A stretch of 64,000 nt of DNA from an uncultured Bacteroidia bacterium (GCA_965240855.1 CBDEMG010000038.1:18226-82225), one strand, 5' to 3'; shown: positions 34,487 through 44,527, numbered from the stretch's first letter. Notes: generated by a model not told the origin, from the letters alone. A program made the numbers and translations.

Positions 34487-36853
34487 TTAGAAAACGAGTT
34501 GTACGCCACCATAGATCCCAAAAGGATGCCCTGCGCGTACGCCTGCTGGATGGCGCGAGACTAGATACTTTCGATTGAGGAGATTTATGGCATTCGCTGT
34601 CACAGTTACGTGCTTATAAACATGTACCCTGAGCGAGGCATCCAGAATATAGTGTGCGGGGATTAACTCGCGCTTGGCTATACGCCCTTGTCCTGGGGTC
34701 GTACGCATGTCGCTATTGTAACGTATGCTCACCGAACCATCAACCCACTTAGACTCAATCCCAATCTGTGCATTCAAGGCGTGACGGAAAATGTATGGAA
34801 TCTCATCGCCCACAAAGACAGAGCCCCACGAGAGGCTTGTAAAGTTGTTCAACATATGCGTGTCTGTAAACGTATAGGATAGTTGTATGGGTAAACGTAT
34901 CCGCCAGCGTGCTGGGAAGGGTTGATATTGCACAATACTTTCCACCCCTCGCACCATTGCCTTACCAATGTTAAACTGATCGAGAGTTCCTTGCCCACCC
35001 TGTGCAGCGAGGTCGCTCCCCAACATATTGCTATAATGGTTGTAGAAACCGATCACCTCCGCACGTAAACTTTTCCAGCCGAGGCGGATTCCTGTTTCGA
35101 TGTTCCAACTGCTTTCAGGCTTCTGGCCAAGCACTGCACTCGGAGGTGCAAAACCTTTGTGCACGCCAGCAAAAGCAGATAAGATCGGGAGAAGCTTGCA
35201 GTTTAGTCCCACACCCGGCAAGAGCCCCCATGCTGCATTAGGCGTCTCTATACGCAGATGTCCTGTGCGCCGCGGATCTGCCTTGGTATAATCGCGATCC
35301 ACCAAATGTACATTCTCGTAGCGCACACCGCCCGTAATGGTGAATATATCTTTTACCCATTTGGCGAGCAGATAACTAGAGAATGCGTGCGCCGTTGTAA
35401 TACGATTAGAACTACTCCTAGGCATCCCTGCGAGAAAGAGCTCCATCTTACCATCGCGCATCGAATAGCCATCGTCGTGTTGGTAGCGATCTTCGAGATC
35501 GGCATGGTAGCGCAAACCGAGCTCTGTAGTAAAGAACCCTCCCAAAAGATCGAACCGATATTCAGCCTTGGTTTGTGCCCCACGGGAATGGTAGGTTCGC
35601 TTATTGGCGCGTACCATAAGCGCTTCCCCTATAAAATTGCGAACTCCCGTTACGATATCGAAATAGACGCTATTGGTTTCTGGATCACTAAGAACCTCGG
35701 AGATGTTTCGACGTTCTGGGCGTGTATGTCCTGCTCGCACCTCATTGAGCTTATACCAATTCCGGAAAAAGAAGTTGTAATAAAGGCTCGTGGTAATCTT
35801 GAACCCGTTGTCTGCCGAGATTTGGTAACTAAGCACATTTTGAAAATGGCGCGTAACTAGGTTATCTACTTGTGCCCCAGCATAGCGGTAGTATGGGCGA
35901 CGCTCGAAGTCTGCCTCCGAAAGCCCCAAATAGCTCTCGTCCGAGTGCTCGTTAGCAAACCCAAATTTGTATTCGAGGCGATGTACCAAGTCCTCATCAG
36001 GGTCGCTACGTACCATCCATTTCGTAATGAGGTCGTTGCGTTGAAACCCTGTGCGTCGATCGGGGCTATCGCGCTTAAAACCCTTGGACTGATGGCGTAG
36101 GTATTCCGCCATAAAACCAAAGTGTCTGTAGGAGTCGCCCACCATCACATGCCCCTTAAGAGTATTGTATACCCCGTAGGATGCAACGAGTTTTGCTTTC
36201 AATTTATCAGGGATAGGGGTAGAAACCATATTTATTGCACCTCCCGTAGTAAACGGTCCGTACTGTACCTGGCTACTACCTTTCAAGACCTCAATGGCAT
36301 GCATACGTGCTGCTGTCGGAAAATAGTAAGCCGCTGGAGCAGAATATGGTGCTGGAGCGGCAAGTATCCCATCCTCCATGAGGGTAATGCGCTCGCTTCG
36401 TTCGGCTTTTGTACCACGCAAACTAATATTAGGGCGAAGACCGAAACCATCCTCCTCGTAGATATTCACCCCTGGCACGCTCTTGAGCATTCGGTTAATG
36501 TCGGTATGCCCACCAAGAGTAATCTCCTTGTGCGAAACAAAATACGCCGATCCCGTGCGGTTGCGGGCTTCGAACTTCGAACCGAGCATAGAGCTTGCAC
36601 TGACAACGACCTCGTCTATCGAGTCCGTCACTTGGAGCGAGTCGGAAAGGCGCAACTGTTCCACTTTTCGCAAAGAGTCTGCCTCTCGTCCCGTTGCCAT
36701 CTGTATGCGCGTTTGTGCCATCCCTAAAAATGGGGATAAGAATATTTGTAGAAAAAAAACTACATAACTCCATGCAAACGCCGATTGCAACAAGACTTTA
36801 CGATACTTGCAACACTTTACAGACGCATACATCCTATTCATAATTCTCCCCAT
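34487..36853 (-). CDS. TonB-dependent receptor (classical ~790-aa siderophore/metal type)
   Basis: Plug region VVVSAS...LKSVPGVNIYEEDGFGLRPNISLRGT and the C-terminal GGVQLVF. The exact start is uncertain. Confidence 0.85.
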   Translation of the reverse strand: MGRIMNRMYASVKCCKYRKVLLQSAFAWSYVVFFLQIFLSPFLGMAQTRIQMATGREADSLRKVEQLRLSDSLQVTDSIDEVVVSASSMLGSKFEARNRTGSAYFVSHKEITLGGHTDINRMLKSVPGVNIYEEDGFGLRPNISLRGTKAERSERITLMEDGILAAPAPYSAPAAYYFPTAARMHAIEVLKGSSQVQYGPFTTGGAINMVSTPIPDKLKAKLVASYGVYNTLKGHVMVGDSYRHFGFMAEYLRHQSKGFKRDSPDRRTGFQRNDLITKWMVRSDPDEDLVHRLEYKFGFANEHSDESYLGLSEADFERRPYYRYAGAQVDNLVTRHFQNVLSYQISADNGFKITTSLYYNFFFRNWYKLNEVRAGHTRPERRNISEVLSDPETNSVYFDIVTGVRNFIGEALMVRANKRTYHSRGAQTKAEYRFDLLGGFFTTELGLRYHADLEDRYQHDDGYSMRDGKMELFLAGMPRSSSNRITTAHAFSSYLLAKWVKDIFTITGGVRYENVHLVDRDYTKADPRRTGHLRIETPNAAWGLLPGVGLNCKLLPILSAFAGVHKGFAPPSAVLGQKPESSWNIETGIRLGWKSLRAEVIGFYNHYSNMLGSDLAAQGGQGTLDQFNIGKAMVRGVESIVQYQPFPARWRIRLPIQLSYTFTDTHMLNNFTSLSWGSVFVGDEIPYIFRHALNAQIGIESKWVDGSVSIRYNSDMRTTPGQGRIAKRELIPAHYILDASLRVHVYKHVTVTANAINLLNRKYLVSRHPAGVRAGHPFGIYGGVQLVF

Positions 36854-37183
36854 AAAATTTTCTCCACGCTGTTTATTGACTCCTTTTCCGGGAGAAATCT
36901 AAACACTATTATCTCTCAAAAAACGACTCATTAATAACTCTAAAAAACATAAATGCAGCCTCACAATAAGGAAAGAAGGCATCAAAGTTTAAAACGATTC
37001 GCAAAACTCAAGTCATAAAGATGTGTTGTTTAGATTTAATCTACAATCACCAAAACTTAGTATTTCATTTTTTACTTCGAGTGGTAAATCAGACATCTTA
37101 TTAAGACTTACAACAAACAAATATTTTTGTTCAATGTTGTAACATATAAAATTTTGTACCATCGAATCTTAACATCATTGAAA

Positions 37184-39553
37184 ATGAGAAGAGCATTTCT
37201 ACTATTCATTGTGTTTTGCATGGGGGTCACTACCGTGCTGGCACAAGAAAACTTCCTTTCATCTTGGCGTACAGGAGATGACGGAAAACTGTCACTCCCA
37301 GTAAAAGGCACTAATTGGAGTTACCACATACTTAAGAGTGGCGAGACAGAGAAGAAAAAGGAAAACGTAGTCTCTTCTAGTGAAACAACACCACACGAGA
37401 TCACAGGGCTCTCCCCAAAAACTAACTACACGATAGAAATCGAACCTGCGGGCGTAGAGTATATCCGTTTCGGAAATAGAAATGGTGAAAAGTATGGAAC
37501 TCCAGAACGTCTCACGAAAATAACAGACTGGGGAAAAATTCAATGGACAAGTATGGAATATGCCTTTGCTAATTGCAGCGCTCTTGAGAAGGCTACCCAA
37601 GGAGAACCCGATCTTTCGAAGGTTACCACCTGCGAGGGGATGTTCAAGGGGTGTACTAAATTCAATAGTGCGCTCAATACTTGGAACATGGAGAATGTCG
37701 AAAACCTCGAAGATATGTTCGACGGTTGTACTAAGTACAACTTCCCTATGCAGAGTTGGACGCTCGCTAAAGCCAAGAAAATCAGTTTTGGAACGATAGG
37801 GCTTTCTAAAGAGAACTACGAGAAGACCCTTATCGGATGGGCTGCTAATGCGAAGACTGCACAGAATGTTACGTTTAAGGCAGATGGTTTGACGTATAGT
37901 ACAACTGCTGCCGAAGCTGCTCATAAGAAACTGACGGAAGTGCTCCACTGGAATATTATGGGCGATCATTACCTCCTCTTCAAATTCAAACAAGCTACTT
38001 ATTACTGCAAAAAAGGCGAAACAGTAATAGTGGATTTCGATCTCGCTAGTGGGATTACTGCCTCTGATATAAAACTGAGTGTGCCAGGCGAATATGAAAC
38101 GGGAGCAGGAGTAATAAAAGTTGAAAACAAGGATGAAAGAAAAATCAAAGGGCTGAAAATTGGCGAAGCTCCACTATCTGCTGAAGTAACCACAAATGGC
38201 ACAAAGCTTAAAACGACCTGCCAAATCGTTGTAAACGAAACGGGCGAAGAACCAAAGTTTAACTTAACTCTTGAAAAGAGTGGAAATGGCGAGGGGACGT
38301 TGGTTGTTGCTACAGCTAAGGGAGGTGCGCCATTAGCTATGGGGACGCATCCGTTTGCTGCCAACACAAAACTCTATGTTCGTATAGACTACAATCAAGA
38401 TAACGCGACGGCACAGTTAAAAATAGATGGTATAGACGTAACTGGGCAACTCCAAATTGGCGATTTAGAGATTGAGTTGAATAAAGACAAGAAGATCGAA
38501 GCCATTTTTACCAAAATCCAGCGCTGGAAAGTAGAGTTCGAGCAGTCTACCAACGGAACTATGACGGTGTTCGGAAAAAATAGTCAGCCCCTTACTGCTG
38601 GGCAAGAGAATCTTACTCCGGAGGGGACTTTGGTCATCGTTAGTTTTGCTCCACAAGCCCCCAACAAACTCCTAAAATTTGAGATCAATGATGAGGCGGT
38701 TCCAGTTACTGGAGATTCGCACAGTTTTGAACTGAAGAAAGACGTGAAGCTAAAAGCAAAGTTCGGGCAAGAAACTGTAAAAGCTACGCTGACCATTGAA
38801 GGCGAAAATCATGGCAAAGTAAAAGTAGGGACAACTGTACTTAACGCTGGGGTAAATGAATTTGTAAAAGGTACAGCAGGGAAAGTTACTGTAGAGGAGA
38901 ACGCAGGTTATCGTGTTAAGAAATTTATGGTTGCAGGTAATGACGAGATAGCGAAAGCAAAAACTGGGGTAGATGTAACCTTCGATAAGAATATCGATAT
39001 TGTTGTCTCGTACGAAAAAATACCAGCCGATTCCTATACAGTAAACATAGTACAACCCCAGAATGGTACGATTACTGTGAAAGACGCAAAAAATACAACA
39101 GTAAGCAGTGGCGCTAAAATAGAAAAGGGCACGCTAACCGTTACAGTAAAGCCCAACGAAAAGTACAAGCTCGAGTGGCTAAAGGCTAATGATGAGAATA
39201 TTACCACCAAAGTAGATGCCACAACACATACCGCAACTTATGAACTGAAGGGCGAGGTAAGATTCACAGCTAAGTTCAAGAAAGATGACGGTGCTCCTGT
39301 AGAAGACGCCTTATTACGCACTATTTCTGTAGAACCCAATCCGTTCAATGATCTACTACGTATACGAACTCGTGGCGAGGTGCAAAATATACACTACAGA
39401 CTCATTTCTGCACTCGGACACGAAATTACTAAGGGCGTTTTGCAAGAGAGTGAAACCATAGTAAGGACTGCAGAGCTTCCCTCTGGGTTATACTTTGTTC
39501 TACTCTCTGCCCCCAACGGCGCAAAAGAGACCTTACGCATTATAAAACGATAA
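37184..39553 (+). CDS. BspA-type leucine-rich-repeat (DUF285) surface protein with tandem beta-repeat modules and a T9SS C-terminal sorting domain
   Basis: Signal MRRAFLLFIVFCMGVTTVLAQ (ATG at 37184). DUF285-like repeats (MEYAFANCSAL..CEGMFKGCTKFNS..LEDMFDGCTKYN). At least 5 modules of ~85 aa. The CTD is VEPNPFNDLLRIR...GLYFVLLSAPNGAKETLRIIKR. Confidence 0.85.
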   Translation: MRRAFLLFIVFCMGVTTVLAQENFLSSWRTGDDGKLSLPVKGTNWSYHILKSGETEKKKENVVSSSETTPHEITGLSPKTNYTIEIEPAGVEYIRFGNRNGEKYGTPERLTKITDWGKIQWTSMEYAFANCSALEKATQGEPDLSKVTTCEGMFKGCTKFNSALNTWNMENVENLEDMFDGCTKYNFPMQSWTLAKAKKISFGTIGLSKENYEKTLIGWAANAKTAQNVTFKADGLTYSTTAAEAAHKKLTEVLHWNIMGDHYLLFKFKQATYYCKKGETVIVDFDLASGITASDIKLSVPGEYETGAGVIKVENKDERKIKGLKIGEAPLSAEVTTNGTKLKTTCQIVVNETGEEPKFNLTLEKSGNGEGTLVVATAKGGAPLAMGTHPFAANTKLYVRIDYNQDNATAQLKIDGIDVTGQLQIGDLEIELNKDKKIEAIFTKIQRWKVEFEQSTNGTMTVFGKNSQPLTAGQENLTPEGTLVIVSFAPQAPNKLLKFEINDEAVPVTGDSHSFELKKDVKLKAKFGQETVKATLTIEGENHGKVKVGTTVLNAGVNEFVKGTAGKVTVEENAGYRVKKFMVAGNDEIAKAKTGVDVTFDKNIDIVVSYEKIPADSYTVNIVQPQNGTITVKDAKNTTVSSGAKIEKGTLTVTVKPNEKYKLEWLKANDENITTKVDATTHTATYELKGEVRFTAKFKKDDGAPVEDALLRTISVEPNPFNDLLRIRTRGEVQNIHYRLISALGHEITKGVLQESETIVRTAELPSGLYFVLLSAPNGAKETLRIIKR

Positions 39554-39574
39554 ACCTCTCTTTTGAGAAATATA

Positions 39575-39607
39575 AAGCCTAGTCGCGAAGTGTGGCTAGG
39601 CTTTTTT
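39575..39607 (+). terminator. Rho-independent terminator
   Basis: AAGCCTAG-loop-CTAGGCTT followed by TTTTT, 22 nt after the stop at 39553. Confidence 0.7.
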
Positions 39608-39684
39608 ATGTCAAGCATCCAAGAAAAAGTGAGCACCATAGCGAGACACCCTAGTGTATTTATTCCAAGCCCCCTAAAATTCGG

Positions 39685-39692
39685 TAGCTTTG
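39685..39692 (+). promoter_or_regulatory. Bacteroidota -7 promoter box (TAGCTTTG)
   Basis: Exact TAnnTTTG match, 41 nt upstream of the ATG at 39733. Confidence 0.4.
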
Positions 39693-39732
39693 TGGGAGAA
39701 TCTATATCAGAAATTCTGGAGAGGACATAAGT

Positions 39733-41790
39733 ATGGTAACAAAAGAACTTATATCGCCCAAGAGCATTGTTGTTGTCGGTGCTTCTGACGATGTTTACAA
39801 ACCTGGGGGACGCGCCCTCGAAAATCTCATCCAATACAAATTCGCAGGGCTGCTTTATGCCGTGAACCCCAAGGCTGAGAGTGTGCAAGGGCTGAAGGCA
39901 TATAAAAGTGTAGAGGAGCTGCCGCAAGTCGATCTCGCGATTATTGCTGTAGCAGCTAAATTCTGTCCACATATTGTAGAGGTTCTGGCAAAAGAAAAAG
40001 GCACAAGAGCGTTTATTATCCTCTCGGCTGGTTTCCACGAAGAAAATGAGGAAGGAGCAAAACTGGAGCGAGAAGTGGTGGATATCGTCAATAGTGTAAA
40101 TGGCTCGCTCATTGGTCCGAACTGTATCGGGATGATGAATTCGAACTATACGGGAGTCTTCAGTCGTCCTATCCCCAAATTCGATCCTAAGGGAGTCGAT
40201 TTCATTACGGGGTCGGGGGCAACGGCCGTCTTTATTCTTGAACTCGGCATGCAACAGGGGTTACAATTCTCCTCTGTATTCTCCGTAGGGAATAGCGCTC
40301 AATTGGGCGTAGAAGAGATTCTTGAATACCTCGACGAATCGTTTGATCCTGCTACAAGTTCGCGCGTAAAATTGCTCTATGTCGAGAGTATTACTAAACC
40401 CGAAAAACTACTCAAACACGCCCGTTCGCTCATTAACAAGGGGTGCAAGATTGCTGCAGTAAAGGCTGGCTCGTCCGAGGCGGGAAGTCGTGCCGCAAGT
40501 TCGCATACGGGCGCTATGGCTAGTAGCGATGTAGCGGTGGATGCACTCTTCCGCAAAGCTGGTATTGTACGCTGCCGTGGTAGACAAGAGCTCCTAACCG
40601 TCGCAAGTATATTTATGCTCCCAGAGCTCAAAGGGAAGCGAATCGCCATTATTACACATGCTGGTGGCCCTGCGGTTATGCTAACCGACTCGCTATCGAA
40701 CGGCAAAATGGACGTGCCCCACATTAGTGGTCCTAAAGCTGAGGAGCTCCTCGCAAAACTTTTCCCAGGCTCGTCAGTAGCAAACCCTATTGATTTCCTT
40801 GCAACGGGCACTGCAGAACAACTCGGCTATATTATAGATGCCTGCGAAAAGGATTTTGATGTGGATGGGATGGCTGTTATCTTTGGTAGCCCTGGACTTT
40901 TCCCTGTTTACGACGTATACGACCTACTTTCAGAACGTATGCGCACTTGCAAGAAGCCGATATACCCAATACTACCTTCTGTTGTAAACGTCGCAGACGA
41001 GATCGCGCAATTCGTTGCAAAGGGAAATATATACTTCCCCGAGGAGGTTGTCTTTGGCGATGCGCTCTGTCGTATTATGCAAACTCCAGCACCTCAACCC
41101 GAGAATGCAGCCTTGCCAACAATAGATACTAAGACAATACGCGCCATTGTTGATGCTGCGCCTGAGGGATACTTACAGCCCGAACAAGTACAAGCTCTTC
41201 TAGACGCGGCTGGAATTGTTCGCGCAGGCGAGGCTGTAGTTACCTCAGCAGATGAGGCTGCGAAAGCTGCAGAGCGATTGGGCTACCCAGTGGTGATGAA
41301 GGTAGTAGGTCCTGTCCATAAATCGGACGTAGGGGGTGTAAAACTCAATGTAAAGGATGCTGCTACCGTACGCGCTGAGTTCGAACGGATGATCAAGATT
41401 AAGGATACCACAGCTATTCTACTCCAACCCATGCTCAGTGGCTCGGAGCTATTCGTAGGCGGTAAACGCGACGAGCGTTTCGGTGGTATGGTGCTCTGTG
41501 GTATGGGAGGGATCTTTATCGAAGTGCTTAAGGATATACAAGCAGGTCTCGCTCCCATTGCTGTTCCCGAGGCTATGGAGATGATAAGCCGCCTCCGTAG
41601 TGTTAAGATTTTGGACGGAGTACGCGGACAAGCCGCTATACCTCGCGAAAAGTTTGCAGAGGTGGTCTCTCGCGTATCGCTACTTTTGGATGCTGCCCCC
41701 GAGATCTTCGAGATGGACTTAAATCCCCTCCTAGGCACAGAGAAGGGCGTAGTGGCCGTCGATGCACGCATTCGCATTGCTCGAAAATAA
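39733..41790 (+). CDS. ADP-forming acetyl/acyl-CoA synthetase family protein (CoA-binding, ligase-CoA and ATP-grasp domains)
   Basis: PKSIVVVGASDDVYKPGG, GPNCIGMMN, and a C-terminal ATP-grasp domain (GYPVVMKVVGPVHKSDVGGVKLNV). Confidence 0.85.
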   Translation: MVTKELISPKSIVVVGASDDVYKPGGRALENLIQYKFAGLLYAVNPKAESVQGLKAYKSVEELPQVDLAIIAVAAKFCPHIVEVLAKEKGTRAFIILSAGFHEENEEGAKLEREVVDIVNSVNGSLIGPNCIGMMNSNYTGVFSRPIPKFDPKGVDFITGSGATAVFILELGMQQGLQFSSVFSVGNSAQLGVEEILEYLDESFDPATSSRVKLLYVESITKPEKLLKHARSLINKGCKIAAVKAGSSEAGSRAASSHTGAMASSDVAVDALFRKAGIVRCRGRQELLTVASIFMLPELKGKRIAIITHAGGPAVMLTDSLSNGKMDVPHISGPKAEELLAKLFPGSSVANPIDFLATGTAEQLGYIIDACEKDFDVDGMAVIFGSPGLFPVYDVYDLLSERMRTCKKPIYPILPSVVNVADEIAQFVAKGNIYFPEEVVFGDALCRIMQTPAPQPENAALPTIDTKTIRAIVDAAPEGYLQPEQVQALLDAAGIVRAGEAVVTSADEAAKAAERLGYPVVMKVVGPVHKSDVGGVKLNVKDAATVRAEFERMIKIKDTTAILLQPMLSGSELFVGGKRDERFGGMVLCGMGGIFIEVLKDIQAGLAPIAVPEAMEMISRLRSVKILDGVRGQAAIPREKFAEVVSRVSLLLDAAPEIFEMDLNPLLGTEKGVVAVDARIRIARK

Positions 41791-41931
41791 ATGACGACTA
41801 AGAAACGTAAGATTACGACAAACGAATGGATACTCATCGCAATGATTGCGGTGGGTATCCTCCTTGTTATACTTCGGTGGAAGAGTATTGCTCCCATTGT
41901 GACCGAAGCCTTTAAAGCATATTTTTGTTAG
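41791..41931 (+). CDS. Possible 46-aa single-pass membrane peptide (below the ORF-track cutoff)
   Basis: The ATG directly abuts the preceding TAA. The translation is MTTKKRKITTNEWILIAMIAVGILLVILRWKSIAPIVTEAFKAYFC, a basic N-terminus followed by one hydrophobic helix. Confidence 0.35.
   Translation: MTTKKRKITTNEWILIAMIAVGILLVILRWKSIAPIVTEAFKAYFC
41920..41927 (+). promoter_or_regulatory. Bacteroidota -7 promoter box (TATTTTTG)
   Basis: Exact TAnnTTTG match, ~73 nt upstream of the recF ATG. Confidence 0.3.
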
Positions 41932-41999
41932 TTATGCAACTTTTTAACATCCATTGCGTTATACAAAACTACTCGCTTAGAGAGTAAGGCTTGCACTTT

Positions 42000-43103
42000 A
42001 TGTATATCCAAGAATTACAAGCTTTTAATTTTAAGAATTACGAATTCCTCAGTGTACAATTCCGACCTCGCATCAATATTCTAATAGGGAACAATGGTCA
42101 GGGAAAGACCAACGTATTGGATATGTTGTACTACCTGAGCCTTTGTAAATCACCTACGCACCACCCAGATTCAGCCTCTATACGTCACGAGACGCCCTAT
42201 GCTACTCTCCGTGGCGTCTATTCTGACAACGCACAAACGTTCCATGTCGCACTAGCCCTTAAACGTAATGCTCCGAAAGAACTACTCTTCAACGAGACTG
42301 CATACTCACGCCTTGGAGAGCATATTGGGAAAATCCCTCTCGTGGCCATCTACCCTCAAGATATCGAACTAACTTGCGATGGGGGTGACCTGAAGCGTCG
42401 TTTCCTAAATGCGACGATCGCGCAATACGAAAAGGAGTATCTCACCGCGATTCAACATTACGAGCTAGCTCTTGCACAACGCAATGCACTGCTAAAAACG
42501 AGAGGACATCTTGATCTCCAACTCCTCGAAATGCTAGAACAGCGACTTGTATCCAGTGCAGCAATTATCTTTCGCGAGCGCAAATTACTCTGTGAGCGCA
42601 TTGCTCCACAGTTCGAATATTTCTACAATCTCATTGCCCAAAACCACGAGCAGCCTAATCTAGTCTATCGCTCCCAACTAAGTGAGGGTGATTTTCTCGA
42701 ACTCCTCCAAAAAGCTCGACCTACAGACACGCACCTTGGTCATACTACTATCGGGATACACCGGGACAATATAGATTTCTATCTTGCGGGCTACCCGCTA
42801 CGTCGTGAGGGATCGCAAGGACAACAAAAGACCTTCGTGGTAGCACTACGCTTGGCACAGTTTGCCTACATTGCGGAAATTACTAAGCTAACTCCGATTT
42901 TACTACTCGATGATATTTTCGATCGTTTTGACGCTCAACGTGTGCAGAATCTCCTCCAACTCTTCTCTTCGGATACCTTTGGACAAGTTTTCATCACCGA
43001 TACGAGCCCTGCTCCACAACTTGCACAGATGGGCATCTACCGTAATGCAACGAGCATATATCGCGTAGAAGACCAAAACCTTACACTTGTAGGCGATGTT
43101 TGA
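42000..43103 (+). CDS. recF: DNA replication and repair protein RecF
   Basis: MYIQELQAFNFKNY, Walker A GNNGQGKTN, signature GSQGQQKT, Walker B LLLDDIF. Confidence 0.9.
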   Translation: MYIQELQAFNFKNYEFLSVQFRPRINILIGNNGQGKTNVLDMLYYLSLCKSPTHHPDSASIRHETPYATLRGVYSDNAQTFHVALALKRNAPKELLFNETAYSRLGEHIGKIPLVAIYPQDIELTCDGGDLKRRFLNATIAQYEKEYLTAIQHYELALAQRNALLKTRGHLDLQLLEMLEQRLVSSAAIIFRERKLLCERIAPQFEYFYNLIAQNHEQPNLVYRSQLSEGDFLELLQKARPTDTHLGHTTIGIHRDNIDFYLAGYPLRREGSQGQQKTFVVALRLAQFAYIAEITKLTPILLLDDIFDRFDAQRVQNLLQLFSSDTFGQVFITDTSPAPQLAQMGIYRNATSIYRVEDQNLTLVGDV

Positions 43104-43428
43104 TAACGATCGCGACTTTGATTACCGCGTATATAGTAATCGTCGTTCACTACGTTCGCTTGGAGAGGCTATTACACGTTTTATGCGCAACAATCCCACC
43201 CTCGCACAACAACTCACCCTCGAGCTTGCCAAAGAAATCTGGTTTGCCAACAATACTGAAACGATTCTTAAGGCTACTGGCGAGATCTCGCTATACAAAG
43301 CCGTACTTTATATTCAAATCTTCAATCCCTCGCTACGCGCAAATCTTACCAATATGCGCGAGACAATTTGTACGCAGTTCAACGAACAGATGGAGTATGT
43401 GAAAATCCGCGAGGTGAAATTTGTGTAG
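43096..43428 (+). CDS. DUF721 domain protein
   Basis: 110 aa, overlaps the recF stop, in the conserved position downstream of recF. Confidence 0.65.
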   Translation: MFDNDRDFDYRVYSNRRSLRSLGEAITRFMRNNPTLAQQLTLELAKEIWFANNTETILKATGEISLYKAVLYIQIFNPSLRANLTNMRETICTQFNEQMEYVKIREVKFV

Positions 43429-43435
43429 TAATACC

Positions 43436-44527
43436 ATGCAAGATCAAGAAGTCCTCTCCGTCGTAAATCCATTTGCAATAGAACGCCTTCGCAGACTACT
43501 TACAGGCTCTTTACGTATCGGGATATTCTGCCATGCTCGCCCCGATGGCGATGCGATTGGTTCCTCCATTGCTCTCGGCAACCTTCTCTCAGAGCTCGGT
43601 CACGAAGTAATGTGTATAGCTCCGAATGCCGCTCCAACACACATTGCATGGACTGAAGGAACAAACGAATTGCTCCACATCTTTGAGACCCAAGGGGAGA
43701 AAATACGACGATTTATACTTCAGTGCGATCTCCTATTTTGTCTTGATTTCAACGACCTTGCTCGCCTTGACGAACCGCTCAAGATCTTCCTTGCACCACT
43801 CCCCATACCGAGAGTTATGATAGATCACCACCCAGACCCCACCTCGCAATTCGATCTCTACTTCTCAATGCCCAATGCTAGTTCTACATGCGAACTGCTT
43901 ACTGAGATAATTCTTACTATGTGGGGACAAGAATCTATCTCTAAACGCATTGCCATTCCCTTATATATGGGCTTAATGACTGATACGGGCTCTTTTAGCT
44001 ACTCCTGTGCACGCAAACGCACCTTCGAGATTGCAGGCATTCTCGTAGAACAGGGCGTAGATGTCCCTTACATTCAGGATTGTGTCTATAACTCTCGCTC
44101 CTACAATAGCCTTCGTCTACAATCCGCACTCATTCTGCAACACACTGCTTTCTGTTGCAAAGACACGAAGGGGCTACCTCGTGTTGCTATTATATCCTTC
44201 TCGCTCCGTACTCAAGAGGAGTACTCTTTTCAACCTGGCGATACTGAAGGAATTGCAAACCTTCCTCTTACAATCGATTCAGTACAGATCGGAATTTTGC
44301 TTTCCGAGCGGGGTAATGGTACAATTAGGGTCTCTACACGAGCCACTAAGCGCTATACTATCAACCAACTGATGAGGCAATATTTCAACGGCGGTGGTCA
44401 TCCTCAGGCCTCTGGCGGGACGCTCCACATGTCGCTCAAAGAGGCATTCGAATACACACGAACCTGCTTCGAAAAGTTTGTAAAAACTCAGCCGATTACG
44501 CAAAATCTTGGTCAGCTATCCCTGTAG
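43436..44527 (+). CDS. DHH/DHHA1 phosphoesterase (NrnA-like)
   Basis: HARPDGDAIGS, MIDHHPD, and the C-terminal GGGHPQASG. Confidence 0.8.
   Translation: MQDQEVLSVVNPFAIERLRRLLTGSLRIGIFCHARPDGDAIGSSIALGNLLSELGHEVMCIAPNAAPTHIAWTEGTNELLHIFETQGEKIRRFILQCDLLFCLDFNDLARLDEPLKIFLAPLPIPRVMIDHHPDPTSQFDLYFSMPNASSTCELLTEIILTMWGQESISKRIAIPLYMGLMTDTGSFSYSCARKRTFEIAGILVEQGVDVPYIQDCVYNSRSYNSLRLQSALILQHTAFCCKDTKGLPRVAIISFSLRTQEEYSFQPGDTEGIANLPLTIDSVQIGILLSERGNGTIRVSTRATKRYTINQLMRQYFNGGGHPQASGGTLHMSLKEAFEYTRTCFEKFVKTQPITQNLGQLSL

Noticed and set aside
35258-36727. Plus-strand ORFs of ~200 aa (35258-35860, 36122-36727) inside the 788-aa TonB receptor gene
   Set aside because: They are antisense to a gene with clear plug and barrel motifs, and their translations show no domain features.
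37292-37993. 233-aa minus-strand ORF opposite the BspA LRR region
   Set aside because: It is antisense to a motif-supported gene, and nothing supports it independently.
39394-40254. 286-aa minus-strand ORF spanning the BspA 3' end, the intergenic region and the acyl-CoA synthetase 5' end
   Set aside because: It overlaps two well-supported plus-strand genes and a terminator, and it has no recognisable motifs or signal sequence.
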